Both the position numbers and the translations under genes were made by a program. A stretch of 26,796 nucleotides of DNA from an uncultured Nitrospinaceae bacterium (GTDB lineage Bacteria > UBA8248), in contig CAXFSR010000054.1 in the NCBI GenBank assembly GCA_964005815.1, positions 1-26,796 on the forward strand. Reading direction: 5' to 3'. Positions 9,453 through 18,220 of the stretch are shown here, one piece after another. The stretch's first letter is position 1, and each line of letters opens with the position of its first letter. A model generated the notes under the pieces. It had not been told where the DNA came from. It searched no databases and was given only the letters and a program-made list of their open reading frames with translations.

Positions 9453-9947
9453 TTGAGAAATCTCGAAAGAAATCTATCTTGGGTTCTTCTTTTGACCTTA
9501 ACCTTAATGTTAAGTGTCCAAATAGTTGCTAGGTACCTTTTTTTCACTACCTTTTCCTGGATAGAAGAATTTTCAAGAGTTGTATTCATCTGGTTTATCT
9601 ACCTATCGATCAGTTGGATAATCATCCAAGGAAGACATGTAAGAGTAAATGTTATTCAATATTTCCTTCCAAAATCCTTCATCAAGCCTTTCTATTTTTT
9701 TGCAGATTCAATGTGGTTGATTTTTAATATTGTAATGACATACGCTGGCTTTCTATTCTTAGCTGAAGAAATGAATCCACTACAAAGAACAGCCACCTTA
9801 GAAATACCAGAACCAATCATACATGCAATTATCCCTATTGGTTTTGGATTAATGTCAATACGATTAATTTTTTATATGTACCGTGTTTATGTAAAAAATG
9901 AACCGGAAGTTATCTTTGACACTGAAAAAACTGACGAGGAAGACTAA
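9453..9947 (+). CDS. dctQ: TRAP transporter small permease
   Basis: Four TM segments, QIVARY, W.EE..R..FIW, HVRV motif; TTG start after AGGAG; adjacent to dctM. Confidence 0.92.
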   Translation: MRNLERNLSWVLLLTLTLMLSVQIVARYLFFTTFSWIEEFSRVVFIWFIYLSISWIIIQGRHVRVNVIQYFLPKSFIKPFYFFADSMWLIFNIVMTYAGFLFLAEEMNPLQRTATLEIPEPIIHAIIPIGFGLMSIRLIFYMYRVYVKNEPEVIFDTEKTDEED

Positions 9948-9949
9948 AG

Positions 9950-11341
9950 ATGAATTTTTTCATTTATGCCATTGAATTCCTCAATATAAATTTTGCTGAA
10001 CCAATAGTGGCTTTTATGGAACCAGCAAAAAATCTTATAGTTTCAAGTTTCAGCATGCCTACGGTCTTGTTGGGTTCACTTGCACTATTTTTAATCTTAA
10101 GAGTTCCCATAGGAATAGCTTTGGGGTTAGGATCAGTCCTAGTTTTTTGGCTAACAGACGAACCTTTTGCAAGCCTAGCACTTTCCTACTATTCTGGTCT
10201 GGACAAATTCCCATTTATAGCCGTACCGATGTTTCTTCTTGCAGGCGCACTTATGGAAAAAGGAGGAATCAGCAAAAGATTGATTTCCATTTCAGACTGT
10301 TTTGTTGGGAACGTAAGAGGTGGATTAGCACATGTAACGATTTTGTCTTGCATGCTCTTCGCTGCGATTTCAGGGTCAGGCCCAGCAACTACTGCTGCAG
10401 TTGGTGGATTAATGATTCCCACCATGCTTAGAAGACAATATGACAAGAATTATTCCGGCGCAGTTGCGGCTTGCGGTGGAACTCTCGGTATACTGATTCC
10501 ACCCAGCATAGCCATGATAATTTACGGCGTTAGTTCGGACCAATCTATTACACGATTATTTATTGCCGGATTTCTACCTGGAATTTTACTAGGATTTCTT
10601 TTAATGGTAACTGCTTCTATCATGGCCAGGTTCAGTACCGTAATCGAGGAAGACCGTCCATTTTCTTTTCAACATTCCATCGAAACAATTTGGGAAGCAA
10701 GATGGGCTGTTTTTGCCCCTGTGGTAATACTAGGAGGAATATATGGAGGTATCGTTACTCCCACAGAAAGCGCTGTCCTCGCTGTTATTTATGGGTTTGT
10801 TATAGGATTTTATGTTTACAAAGAATTAGATCTCAAACTAGTAAGAGAGTGCTTAGAAATAGCCACTCTAGTCACTGGAACAATAGCAATTATTTGGGGG
10901 GCATCTCTTGCTTTCGGAGAACTTATAAACATTCATGAGATTCCTCTAATAGTCACCAAATTTATTACTGGAATCACGGAAAATCCTTTCTTTATACTTG
11001 TTCTGATCAGTTTGTTTTTAACATTCGTTGGCATGTGGCTGAATACAATGGCACAAATCATTATTTTAACACCCCTTTTTCTTCCCGTAATCACGCAAGC
11101 CAATATAGATCCAATTCACTTCGGAATTGTTTTCGTAGTTAACTGCGAAATTGGTTTCTTAACCCCTCCTCTTGGAACAAGTCTTTTTGTTGCAATGGGA
11201 ATAGCCGATACCACGCTAGGACGCATAAGTTTGGCGGTCTTGCCATTTATTGTTTCAATGTTAGTTTGTGTTTTATTGCTTGCATATTTCCCAAGCATTT
11301 CACTATTTTTACCAAACCTAATCCTTGGAGTTGGAAAGTAG
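9950..11341 (+). CDS. dctM: TRAP transporter large permease
   Basis: AVPMFLLAG.LM..GGIS, FAAISGS..A, LIPPSI, TPTE, DPIHFG, IGFLTPP.G motifs. True start may be an internal Met. Confidence 0.95.
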   Translation: MNFFIYAIEFLNINFAEPIVAFMEPAKNLIVSSFSMPTVLLGSLALFLILRVPIGIALGLGSVLVFWLTDEPFASLALSYYSGLDKFPFIAVPMFLLAGALMEKGGISKRLISISDCFVGNVRGGLAHVTILSCMLFAAISGSGPATTAAVGGLMIPTMLRRQYDKNYSGAVAACGGTLGILIPPSIAMIIYGVSSDQSITRLFIAGFLPGILLGFLLMVTASIMARFSTVIEEDRPFSFQHSIETIWEARWAVFAPVVILGGIYGGIVTPTESAVLAVIYGFVIGFYVYKELDLKLVRECLEIATLVTGTIAIIWGASLAFGELINIHEIPLIVTKFITGITENPFFILVLISLFLTFVGMWLNTMAQIIILTPLFLPVITQANIDPIHFGIVFVVNCEIGFLTPPLGTSLFVAMGIADTTLGRISLAVLPFIVSMLVCVLLLAYFPSISLFLPNLILGVGK

Positions 11342-11372
11342 CAACTTATAACTTTTATTTGGAGGAACTTCT

Positions 11373-12389
11373 ATGAAATTTTGTTCAAGAAGAGTAATAG
11401 GTACTTTCACAATAGCTTTTTTCGTTGTTGCAAGTTTCTTAGCAATTGCGCCTAAAGTGGATGCTGCAAAAAAAAAGGTAATGAAATTTTCACATAATCA
11501 ACCCCCTAGGCCAAATGCTATTTGGCAAGCTGCAGCAACTACATTTCAAAACTTTCTCAGGATCCATTCTAAAGGGAAATTAGATACTAAGATCTTCCCC
11601 GCTTCCCAGCTTGGTTGGGATAGACAAGTTGCGAAAAAAGTGAAAATGGGTTCCGTACAGATGCAACTTGTAGTTCTTAACAATCTTTCTCAGTTTGACC
11701 AAAGACTCGACATTCTTACGCTCCCATTTATGATAGGAAGCTTTGAAGGTGCCCACAAAGTACTTAATAGCGATATTGCAAATAAATTAATGACGGATTT
11801 CAGAAAGAAAACTGGTATACGTATGCTCGCATTGATTGCAGGTGCGTTCAGGAATATGATGAATAGCAAACATCCCATTAACAAACCTTCAGACTTAGGT
11901 GACTTAAAAATGAGGATCGCTAAAAATCCAATAATGATAGGAACTTACAAATCTTTAGGTGGAAGTACAATTGGGATGAAAGGTAGTGAACTCTATAGTG
12001 CACTTAGCACCGGCGCAGTAGACGGTCACGATGGTGGCACAGCATGGGCATATGGTATGAAGTTTCACGAAGTAGCAAAACATATGGCAGTTACCATGCA
12101 TCAGCTAGTTTCTGGATCTTTAATCATCAATGAAAAATACTACCAAAAACTTCCAAAAAATCTTCAAGCAGCAGTACAAAAAGCAGCTAGAGACACAGCT
12201 GCATGGAGCAACAAATACTGTCAAGCGCAACATGATTACGCAATTTCAGAATTCAAGAAAGCAGGACTTAAAATTACAAATCCAAACTTAGCCCCTTTCC
12301 AAAATGCTGTTGCCCCAGTCTACAAACAATTTGCAGACAGAGTAGGCGGAATGGCACTTATAAAAAAAGTACAGGAAATGGGAAAATAG
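11373..12389 (+). CDS. dctP: TRAP transporter substrate-binding protein (DctP family)
   Basis: Signal peptide, IFP.SQLG, LPF, FRN, PSDL..LKMR, ELYSAL.TG.VDG. RBS GGAGG. Confidence 0.93.
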   Translation: MKFCSRRVIGTFTIAFFVVASFLAIAPKVDAAKKKVMKFSHNQPPRPNAIWQAAATTFQNFLRIHSKGKLDTKIFPASQLGWDRQVAKKVKMGSVQMQLVVLNNLSQFDQRLDILTLPFMIGSFEGAHKVLNSDIANKLMTDFRKKTGIRMLALIAGAFRNMMNSKHPINKPSDLGDLKMRIAKNPIMIGTYKSLGGSTIGMKGSELYSALSTGAVDGHDGGTAWAYGMKFHEVAKHMAVTMHQLVSGSLIINEKYYQKLPKNLQAAVQKAARDTAAWSNKYCQAQHDYAISEFKKAGLKITNPNLAPFQNAVAPVYKQFADRVGGMALIKKVQEMGK

Positions 12390-12410
12390 CATCATAGACT
12401 GTACAGGTTT

Positions 12411-12441
12411 TTGGCGCTCTTCTAAATCAGAAGAGCGCCAA
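12411..12441 (+). terminator. Perfect 13-bp stem-loop after dctP (terminator or mRNA-stabilising hairpin)
   Basis: TTGGCGCTCTTCT-AAATC-AGAAGAGCGCCAA, followed by only TTT. Confidence 0.65.
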
Positions 12442-12463
12442 TTTCATACAAGAAAGGATAAAC

Positions 12464-13228
12464 ATGAGCAACAAAGATTTTGAAGGACAGAACGCAATCG
12501 TGACAGGTGGAGCGACAGGCATCGGTGAATCTACAGCTAGGATACTTGCAGATAGAGGTGCAACGGTAACGATTTTTGATATCAATCAAGAAGGAGCTGA
12601 AAGAGTCTCTTCTTCTATTAATGAAAATGGAGGCAAAGCATTCCCTTCTATTACGGATCTCACGAATTGGGAAGCCACAGAAAAAGCTGTGAAAGAGGCA
12701 AAATCAAGAGAAAATCGTTTAGACGTGGTAGTGCACAGCGCAGGAGGATTTCCTAAATACGTAAGTTTACTAGACTGCCCCGTTGAAACCTGGGAAGGAA
12801 TTCTAAACTCAAATCTTAAATCCATGTTTTATCTATTAAAAGCAGCAGCACCACTCATGATTGAGAATAAGTACGGCAGATTCGTATCTCTTTCAAGTAT
12901 GGCAGCTAGAAGTGGCACAAATCCTAATCCGCCGCATTATACTGCCGCGAAAGGCGGAGTTCTGGCACTAACAAGACAAGCAGCTCTTGAACTTGGAAAA
13001 TACAACATTACCGTGAATGCAGTTGCACCCGCCAATGTAAATAGCCCAAGAGGACTTGCGAATAGAACCGAGGAAAGAATTGCTCATATAGAAAGCACCT
13101 CTCCCATGAGAAGACTATGTGAACCTGATGAAATAGCTTCAGCTGTTGTTTTTTTATGTAGTAAAGAGGCAGGATATGTTACAGGAGCTACTTTGGATGT
13201 AAACGGCGGCGCCACAATGGCCCCATGA
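12464..13228 (+). CDS. SDR family NAD(P)-dependent oxidoreductase (FabG-like)
   Basis: TGGATGIG, HSAG, S...YTAAK catalytic residues, NAVAP, L.VNGG. Asp after beta-2 (FDIN) suggests NAD preference. Confidence 0.92.
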   Translation: MSNKDFEGQNAIVTGGATGIGESTARILADRGATVTIFDINQEGAERVSSSINENGGKAFPSITDLTNWEATEKAVKEAKSRENRLDVVVHSAGGFPKYVSLLDCPVETWEGILNSNLKSMFYLLKAAAPLMIENKYGRFVSLSSMAARSGTNPNPPHYTAAKGGVLALTRQAALELGKYNITVNAVAPANVNSPRGLANRTEERIAHIESTSPMRRLCEPDEIASAVVFLCSKEAGYVTGATLDVNGGATMAP

Positions 13229-13234
13229 TCTTAG

Positions 13235-14020
13235 TTAAGGTTTTCTGGCCTCTACATAAAGGGTGGTTGCAACGCGGTGTGGATCTGATTGATCTATTTT
13301 CTTAAAATCGTTCTCTTCGCTTTCGTTTGAACCTGTAGTTTTAATACTTACAAAACCAGCTTCTTTGAGAATAAATTCAAAAGTTTCGAAATCGTAAAGA
13401 AATTGATGTTGATTTCCTGCTACAAGATCATTGCATCGCATCATTTTGGTTTGACCTTCCCTCAGGTTTACGAAATGAGGATTCTCTTCCTTTTGATTAT
13501 TCGATGTATATCCAGAAAGAAGAGTTTCGCCATCTGGAACACCAATTCTAATTACTCCTCCTGTATCTAAAAGTTCAAAGCAATTAGGTAGAATTACTTC
13601 TCTGACAATGTACAATGGAATATGTTCAAAAAAGTGCTCTGAGTAAATAGATTTTGCTGAACCTTCACTTAAAGGGAGACCTTTTCGAACATCTAAAACA
13701 AGAACTTCTGTTCCAGAAGTTAATTTCGGGGGATAACAGTCTACATTAAGCCAATTTTCTTTTAGTGTATTTCCGCAACCAAGATGAATTTTCAGATCAG
13801 ACAATTTCCTTAATCTTCTAATTTTCGAACGATAACGTAAACTTAAAAAACACCTGACCCTTAAAATAAGCATATCTAACTCATAACGGAAGATGGTACT
13901 TAAATGACGAGGAAATCCTATAAATATCCAAATTTTTTTTGAAAATACTCGAAGTGATTTAGGTAAAAAGCAATACGGAGACCACGTCTCTTTTACCTGA
14001 TGTAATTTCTCTTTTTCCAT
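13235..14020 (-). CDS. Class I SAM-dependent methyltransferase-domain protein (glycan-cluster type)
   Basis: HLGCG motif I, WLNVD, D.RK.LP, IYSEHFFEH, GGVIRI.VPD, H...YD, L..AGF, LYVEA.K. Confidence 0.8.
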   Translation of the reverse strand: MEKEKLHQVKETWSPYCFLPKSLRVFSKKIWIFIGFPRHLSTIFRYELDMLILRVRCFLSLRYRSKIRRLRKLSDLKIHLGCGNTLKENWLNVDCYPPKLTSGTEVLVLDVRKGLPLSEGSAKSIYSEHFFEHIPLYIVREVILPNCFELLDTGGVIRIGVPDGETLLSGYTSNNQKEENPHFVNLREGQTKMMRCNDLVAGNQHQFLYDFETFEFILKEAGFVSIKTTGSNESEENDFKKIDQSDPHRVATTLYVEARKP

Positions 14021-14125
14021 ACTTCACTCAAAAAGATTTTAAAAAAATTTTTCATTCACTAAGATGTAGTTAGCCATATTTTTTCAAATTAGACAACAAA
14101 CTAAAAAATCAACATGTAAATCCAC

Positions 14126-14153
14126 TTGACGCCTATAGAAGTTCGTGTAAATT
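14126..14153 (+). promoter_or_regulatory. Putative sigma70 promoter of tRNA-Glu
   Basis: TTGACG (14126-14131), 16 bp spacer, TAAATT (14148-14153), with an A-rich upstream region, 15 bp before the tRNA. Fits a stable-RNA promoter. Confidence 0.55.
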
Positions 14154-14168
14154 TAACATAAATTTAGT

Positions 14169-14243
14169 GGCCCCTTCGTCTAGCGGTCAGGACACTGGCC
14201 TCTCACGCCAGGAACAGGGGTTCGAGTCCCCTAGGGGTCACCA
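14169..14243 (+). tRNA. tRNA-Glu (anticodon CTC)
   Basis: Cloverleaf: acceptor GGCCCCT/AGGGGTC, D arm GTC..GAC, anticodon stem CTGGC/GCCAG with loop CT-CTC-AC, T arm AGGGG-TTCGAGT-CCCCT, encoded CCA. Confidence 0.97.
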
Positions 14244-14265
14244 ATTAGAGAAAAGGAGGATAAAC

Positions 14266-14436
14266 ATTTCGAACAATGCTTTCGTTACAAAAATAACTTC
14301 ATCTCCAATCATTCAAATACTAGTTTTCGTATGGGTGCTGACTATGAATTTCCTTTACTACAATCAATTAAGAGAACTCTTTTACCCAACCTTACAAAAA
14401 ATATTCTCTTTCACAGGTATTTCCCTACCGTTTTAA
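14266..14436 (+). CDS. Putative 56-aa single-TM membrane protein with ATT start
   Basis: Perfect AGGAGG at 14254-14259, 6 nt before an in-frame ATT. Open frame to TAA 14436 with hydrophobic segment IIQILVFVWVLTMNFLYY. Confidence 0.4.
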   Translation: MSNNAFVTKITSSPIIQILVFVWVLTMNFLYYNQLRELFYPTLQKIFSFTGISLPF

Positions 14437-14474
14437 ATTTGGAAAATATTTCAAGAAACACATTCTACCTTTAC

Positions 14475-14503
14475 TTGATGAACATTATAAAGTCAGATAG
14501 AAT
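14475..14503 (+). promoter_or_regulatory. Putative sigma70 promoter for the tandem membrane-protein genes
   Basis: TTGATG (14475-14480), 17 bp spacer, TAGAAT (14498-14503). Confidence 0.45.
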
Positions 14504-14520
14504 TTTCACATAATCGCTCG

Positions 14521-16371
14521 ATGTTCCCCTGCAAAAACATACCTAAAGGAATTCTCTTTTTGCCTGAATCTATGCAACAAAAAACTCCGACTACCTTAGA
14601 TTGTTTTTCAGCAATAGGCATTTTACTCTTCGTTCTTTTAACGTTCATAGGAGAAGGAAGACTTCGCTTAGAAGATTATACAGAGGTAGTACATGCATTT
14701 GGTGCTGGAGGCAATCATGAAAATCTCACTACAATTTTAAGGAGATCTCTTGACCCAAACTATCTAACTGGAGACATATATGCAGATAGCTTGAAATATT
14801 TTTTCATTCCGTTTGTGGAAGGTCTGAAATTTTTTTATGGATTGGGCTTCGATTTCAACATTCAGTCTATTGTGTTGCAATGGACTGGAAGAATTGCTTA
14901 CCTCACCTCTATTTTCTATCTTTGCAGATATCTTGTTCCTTCAAAGATAGCCCCCTGGATAGTTTTTATTTTCCTTATTCGTTCTAGACTTATAATTGGA
15001 GAGTTTCCTGTTCTAAGTTATTTCGATCCGAACATGGAAATATCCATGGCTTTCTGTCTGTTTTCATTACTCTTTTTTTTAAAAGGCAAAAAAGAGCTTG
15101 CTGCATGCTTAGCATCCATCGGGACCATCTTTCACTATAGATTTCCAATTTTTCTTTTATTTTTCTATCTAATTTGGCTTGTTTTTTATTGGAGAGAACT
15201 ATCTTTAAAAACAATCTTACTTTCTTTATTTGGTGCAATACTTTTTTCATTACCTCTCCTTTATTTAATGCTTCCGGTTGCTTTTCATCAAACCAATCCA
15301 GCTGAAAATGAAATAATGCGGCGTATTATTTTTTCAGCAATAGCTAACGAATTCGCTCCATTCACAACTTTAACGCACGTATGGCCTAGATACTCTTTCC
15401 TTTTTTTCACTAGCTTTTTAGGTACTTGCTATTTTTATAAATCAAAAGAAAAATATTCGAGAAACATACAAAGAGTTCTTTCACTCTTTCTTTATTTCAC
15501 GATTATTCTAACTCTCTTTCAATTTATTTTTACAGAGATAACTCTGAGCCTTTTATTTCTTCAACTACAAACAAATAGAATTCTGCAAATTTGGATAATT
15601 ATAGGAACGATTTGGTCTTGTCAGTGGTTTTTGAAAATAATTGAGGAACCAAATAATTACAAAACCAAAGTATCCGTTCTTCTTTTTATGATTTGTTTGT
15701 TTTTCTCAGATACACTCTTTAGCCTGCAAATATCAACTTTCAAAATATTTCCAGCATTCGTCTTAAGTGTATTTTTTCTTTTATGTGTTTTTATTTTTTC
15801 TAAGTATCCAACTTCTAATTTTTTAAACCATAGCAAGACTAACCTGATCTTTGTTTTAGTTTTCTTTTTCACAACTTCAGGTCTTTTTGTTGCCAGAATA
15901 ATACAAAACTCTTCTGACAGATGGAAAGAATTAGATGACTGGAAATCTATACAACTGTGGGCAAAATCAAATACACCCAAAGACTCTGTTTTTTTTAATC
16001 CTAGTGGTATTGGAGGATTTAGAATTTTTTCTGAGAGGACACATGTAGGTGCACTATACGACCTACATTTATCACTATCATTAGACCCTAGCAAAACTCA
16101 TGAAATTCACCAACGACTCAATGACATTGAATTTCCAATAATCAAATCTATTCACAAACGACATCTTGCATGGCAAAAAAACTCGAAAAGATTCGAATCT
16201 ATACATAATGAATTATTAAATGAAGAAAAATATTTATCTATTATCAAAAAAGTAAAATTTGATTACATTATCAGATGGAGTAATAAACCTTTAAAATTCA
16301 AAGAAGTCTATTCCAACAAATCCTTTATCGCTTACAAAATCGATAGGAAGAAAGATAGACCTTTTAAATAA
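14521..16371 (+). CDS. Polytopic membrane protein, DUF6798-like / putative GT-C fold glycosyltransferase (copy 1)
   Basis: More than 10 TM segments, acidic first loop, C-terminal soluble domain with WAKSNTPKDSVF..P.G..GFR.FSER and FDYII. Start may be ATG 14572. Confidence 0.65.
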   Translation: MFPCKNIPKGILFLPESMQQKTPTTLDCFSAIGILLFVLLTFIGEGRLRLEDYTEVVHAFGAGGNHENLTTILRRSLDPNYLTGDIYADSLKYFFIPFVEGLKFFYGLGFDFNIQSIVLQWTGRIAYLTSIFYLCRYLVPSKIAPWIVFIFLIRSRLIIGEFPVLSYFDPNMEISMAFCLFSLLFFLKGKKELAACLASIGTIFHYRFPIFLLFFYLIWLVFYWRELSLKTILLSLFGAILFSLPLLYLMLPVAFHQTNPAENEIMRRIIFSAIANEFAPFTTLTHVWPRYSFLFFTSFLGTCYFYKSKEKYSRNIQRVLSLFLYFTIILTLFQFIFTEITLSLLFLQLQTNRILQIWIIIGTIWSCQWFLKIIEEPNNYKTKVSVLLFMICLFFSDTLFSLQISTFKIFPAFVLSVFFLLCVFIFSKYPTSNFLNHSKTNLIFVLVFFFTTSGLFVARIIQNSSDRWKELDDWKSIQLWAKSNTPKDSVFFNPSGIGGFRIFSERTHVGALYDLHLSLSLDPSKTHEIHQRLNDIEFPIIKSIHKRHLAWQKNSKRFESIHNELLNEEKYLSIIKKVKFDYIIRWSNKPLKFKEVYSNKSFIAYKIDRKKDRPFK

Positions 16372-16382
16372 ACTTAAAAAAA

Positions 16383-18218
16383 GTGCACGAGGAAAAACGT
16401 TTGCAAAATATTACAAAAACAAATCAAAAAGGAGCAATTTTCACAGGTTTAGGAATTATTTTCTTCTCTTTTTTGACTTTTATCGGAGAGGGAAAATTAC
16501 GAATAGAAGACTGGTATCAAGTCATACATTCAACTGGTGCTGGTGGACATCACGAAAATCTCATAACTGTATTAAAGAAATCTTCTATTCCCGGGTATTT
16601 GAAAGGAGACCTTTATACAGACAGTCTGCAGTACTTCTTCTTTCCCTTCGTTGAAGGGATGAAGTTTTTCTACCGCTTAGGTATGGACTTTAATTTGCAG
16701 TCAATTTTACTGCAATGGATTGGACGTATTGTCTATCTCTCTTCTATATACTGCCTATGTCGTTTGCTTATAAGTTCCAAACTAGTGCCATGGTTAGTTA
16801 TGGCATTTTTAATAAGAACAAGAATTATCATTGGCGAATTTCCTTTGCTAAGTTATTTCGACCCAAATATGGAGATCTCAATATCTCTCTGTTTATTCTC
16901 CCTCTTATTATTCTTAAAAGATAAAAAAGATATGGCTGCCTGCTTGGCTTCTGTAGCTACATTATTTCATTATAGATTTCCAGCACTCCTATTACTCTTT
17001 TACCTCGTATGGCTTACATTAAACTGGAAAACTGTCACAAAAAGGACAATTATTGTTGGTACGTTCGGGGCTATACTTTTTTCTATTCCATTTCTAAAAA
17101 TGATTCTTCCACTTCTGCTAAATCATTCAACACCAGAAAACAACGAAATAGCCAAACTAATCATATTTTCAGCAATTGCAAATGAATTCGCACCTTTTTC
17201 TACTATTGGATATATATGGCCAAGGTATGGATTTCTTTTTTTTACTTCTGTAATTGGCTTGAAATTCTTCTTCTCTCATGAGTATAAACTTTCATCTCCT
17301 CTTAGAAGAGATTTAAAAACATTCCTTGTTTTCACATTAGTTCTTGTATTACTCCAGTTTATTTTCACAGAAATAACACTCAGTCTCTTTTTCTTAAAAT
17401 TACAAACAAATCGAATTTTACAATTATTTGCAATCTTCATGACAATATGGTCAAGTCAGTATTTCATGTCATTAATAGAAAAGAACAAAAATAATTATCT
17501 CAATATACTGACAATTTTTTATATGTTTGTACTGTTTTTTTCAGATACATTTTTCCATTTCGAAATTTCCAAAATGAAAGTTTATCCTTTCTTCTTGATG
17601 GCATTTATCCTTATGTTTTGTTTCTTTATAAAAGCAATCTCTTTTCAAAACACAAAAAGAATAAGACCTCCAAAAGTCTGTTTAATATGGATATTCATTT
17701 TCACACTCATTTGTTCTGCAGTATATTTCAAACGTTTATCGAACGTAATGCCGGAAAGATGGAGACTTTTAGACGATTGGAAGGCAGTGCAAATGTGGGC
17801 AAGAAAGAATACCCGTTCCGATTCAATTTTCTTTACGCCAAGTGGCGTTCCGGCTTTCAGAACATTTTCAGAAAGGGCTCCGGTAGGAGAACTATATGAT
17901 TTGCATTTAGTTGTATCTTTAAACCCTAAAATTATACCTCAAGTTTATCAGAGGTTGAAAGATATTGAATATCCCTTGATCAAATCATTAGACAATAGAC
18001 GCGATTTCTGGAAAGAAATTATGGAAGGGGAGAATTTACAAGATAAATATAACGAAACTTTAAACGAACAGAAGTATTTATCCATACACGAAAAGGTAAG
18101 ATTTGATTACATCATAAGGCGCAAGAACATGCCTTTAAATTTAAAAGAGAAGTTTTCCAATACTAGTTTTATAATTTACAAGATGGACAAAAGTACAAAA
18201 CAAAAACCTAAAACATAA
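16383..18218 (+). CDS. Polytopic membrane protein, DUF6798-like / putative GT-C fold glycosyltransferase (copy 2)
   Basis: Collinear paralogue of 14521..16371; WARKNTRSDSIFF.PSG...FR.FSER, FDYII. GTG or TTG start. Confidence 0.65.
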   Translation: MHEEKRLQNITKTNQKGAIFTGLGIIFFSFLTFIGEGKLRIEDWYQVIHSTGAGGHHENLITVLKKSSIPGYLKGDLYTDSLQYFFFPFVEGMKFFYRLGMDFNLQSILLQWIGRIVYLSSIYCLCRLLISSKLVPWLVMAFLIRTRIIIGEFPLLSYFDPNMEISISLCLFSLLLFLKDKKDMAACLASVATLFHYRFPALLLLFYLVWLTLNWKTVTKRTIIVGTFGAILFSIPFLKMILPLLLNHSTPENNEIAKLIIFSAIANEFAPFSTIGYIWPRYGFLFFTSVIGLKFFFSHEYKLSSPLRRDLKTFLVFTLVLVLLQFIFTEITLSLFFLKLQTNRILQLFAIFMTIWSSQYFMSLIEKNKNNYLNILTIFYMFVLFFSDTFFHFEISKMKVYPFFLMAFILMFCFFIKAISFQNTKRIRPPKVCLIWIFIFTLICSAVYFKRLSNVMPERWRLLDDWKAVQMWARKNTRSDSIFFTPSGVPAFRTFSERAPVGELYDLHLVVSLNPKIIPQVYQRLKDIEYPLIKSLDNRRDFWKEIMEGENLQDKYNETLNEQKYLSIHEKVRFDYIIRRKNMPLNLKEKFSNTSFIIYKMDKSTKQKPKT

Positions 18219-18220
18219 AC

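Noticed and set aside
12464..13228. SDR as the missing DprE2 partner
   Set aside because: It is a FabG-like classical SDR (TGGxxGIG, VxGG C-terminus) co-oriented with the TRAP operon; DprE2-type features were not recognised.
14167..14436. 89-aa ORF as given in the track
   Set aside because: Its first third is the tRNA-Glu gene read as protein. Only the portion after the SD at 14254 is plausible, and that is reported separately.
14331..14513. 60-aa + strand ORF
   Set aside because: No clear RBS or recognisable motif; overlaps the better-supported small ORF and the putative promoter.
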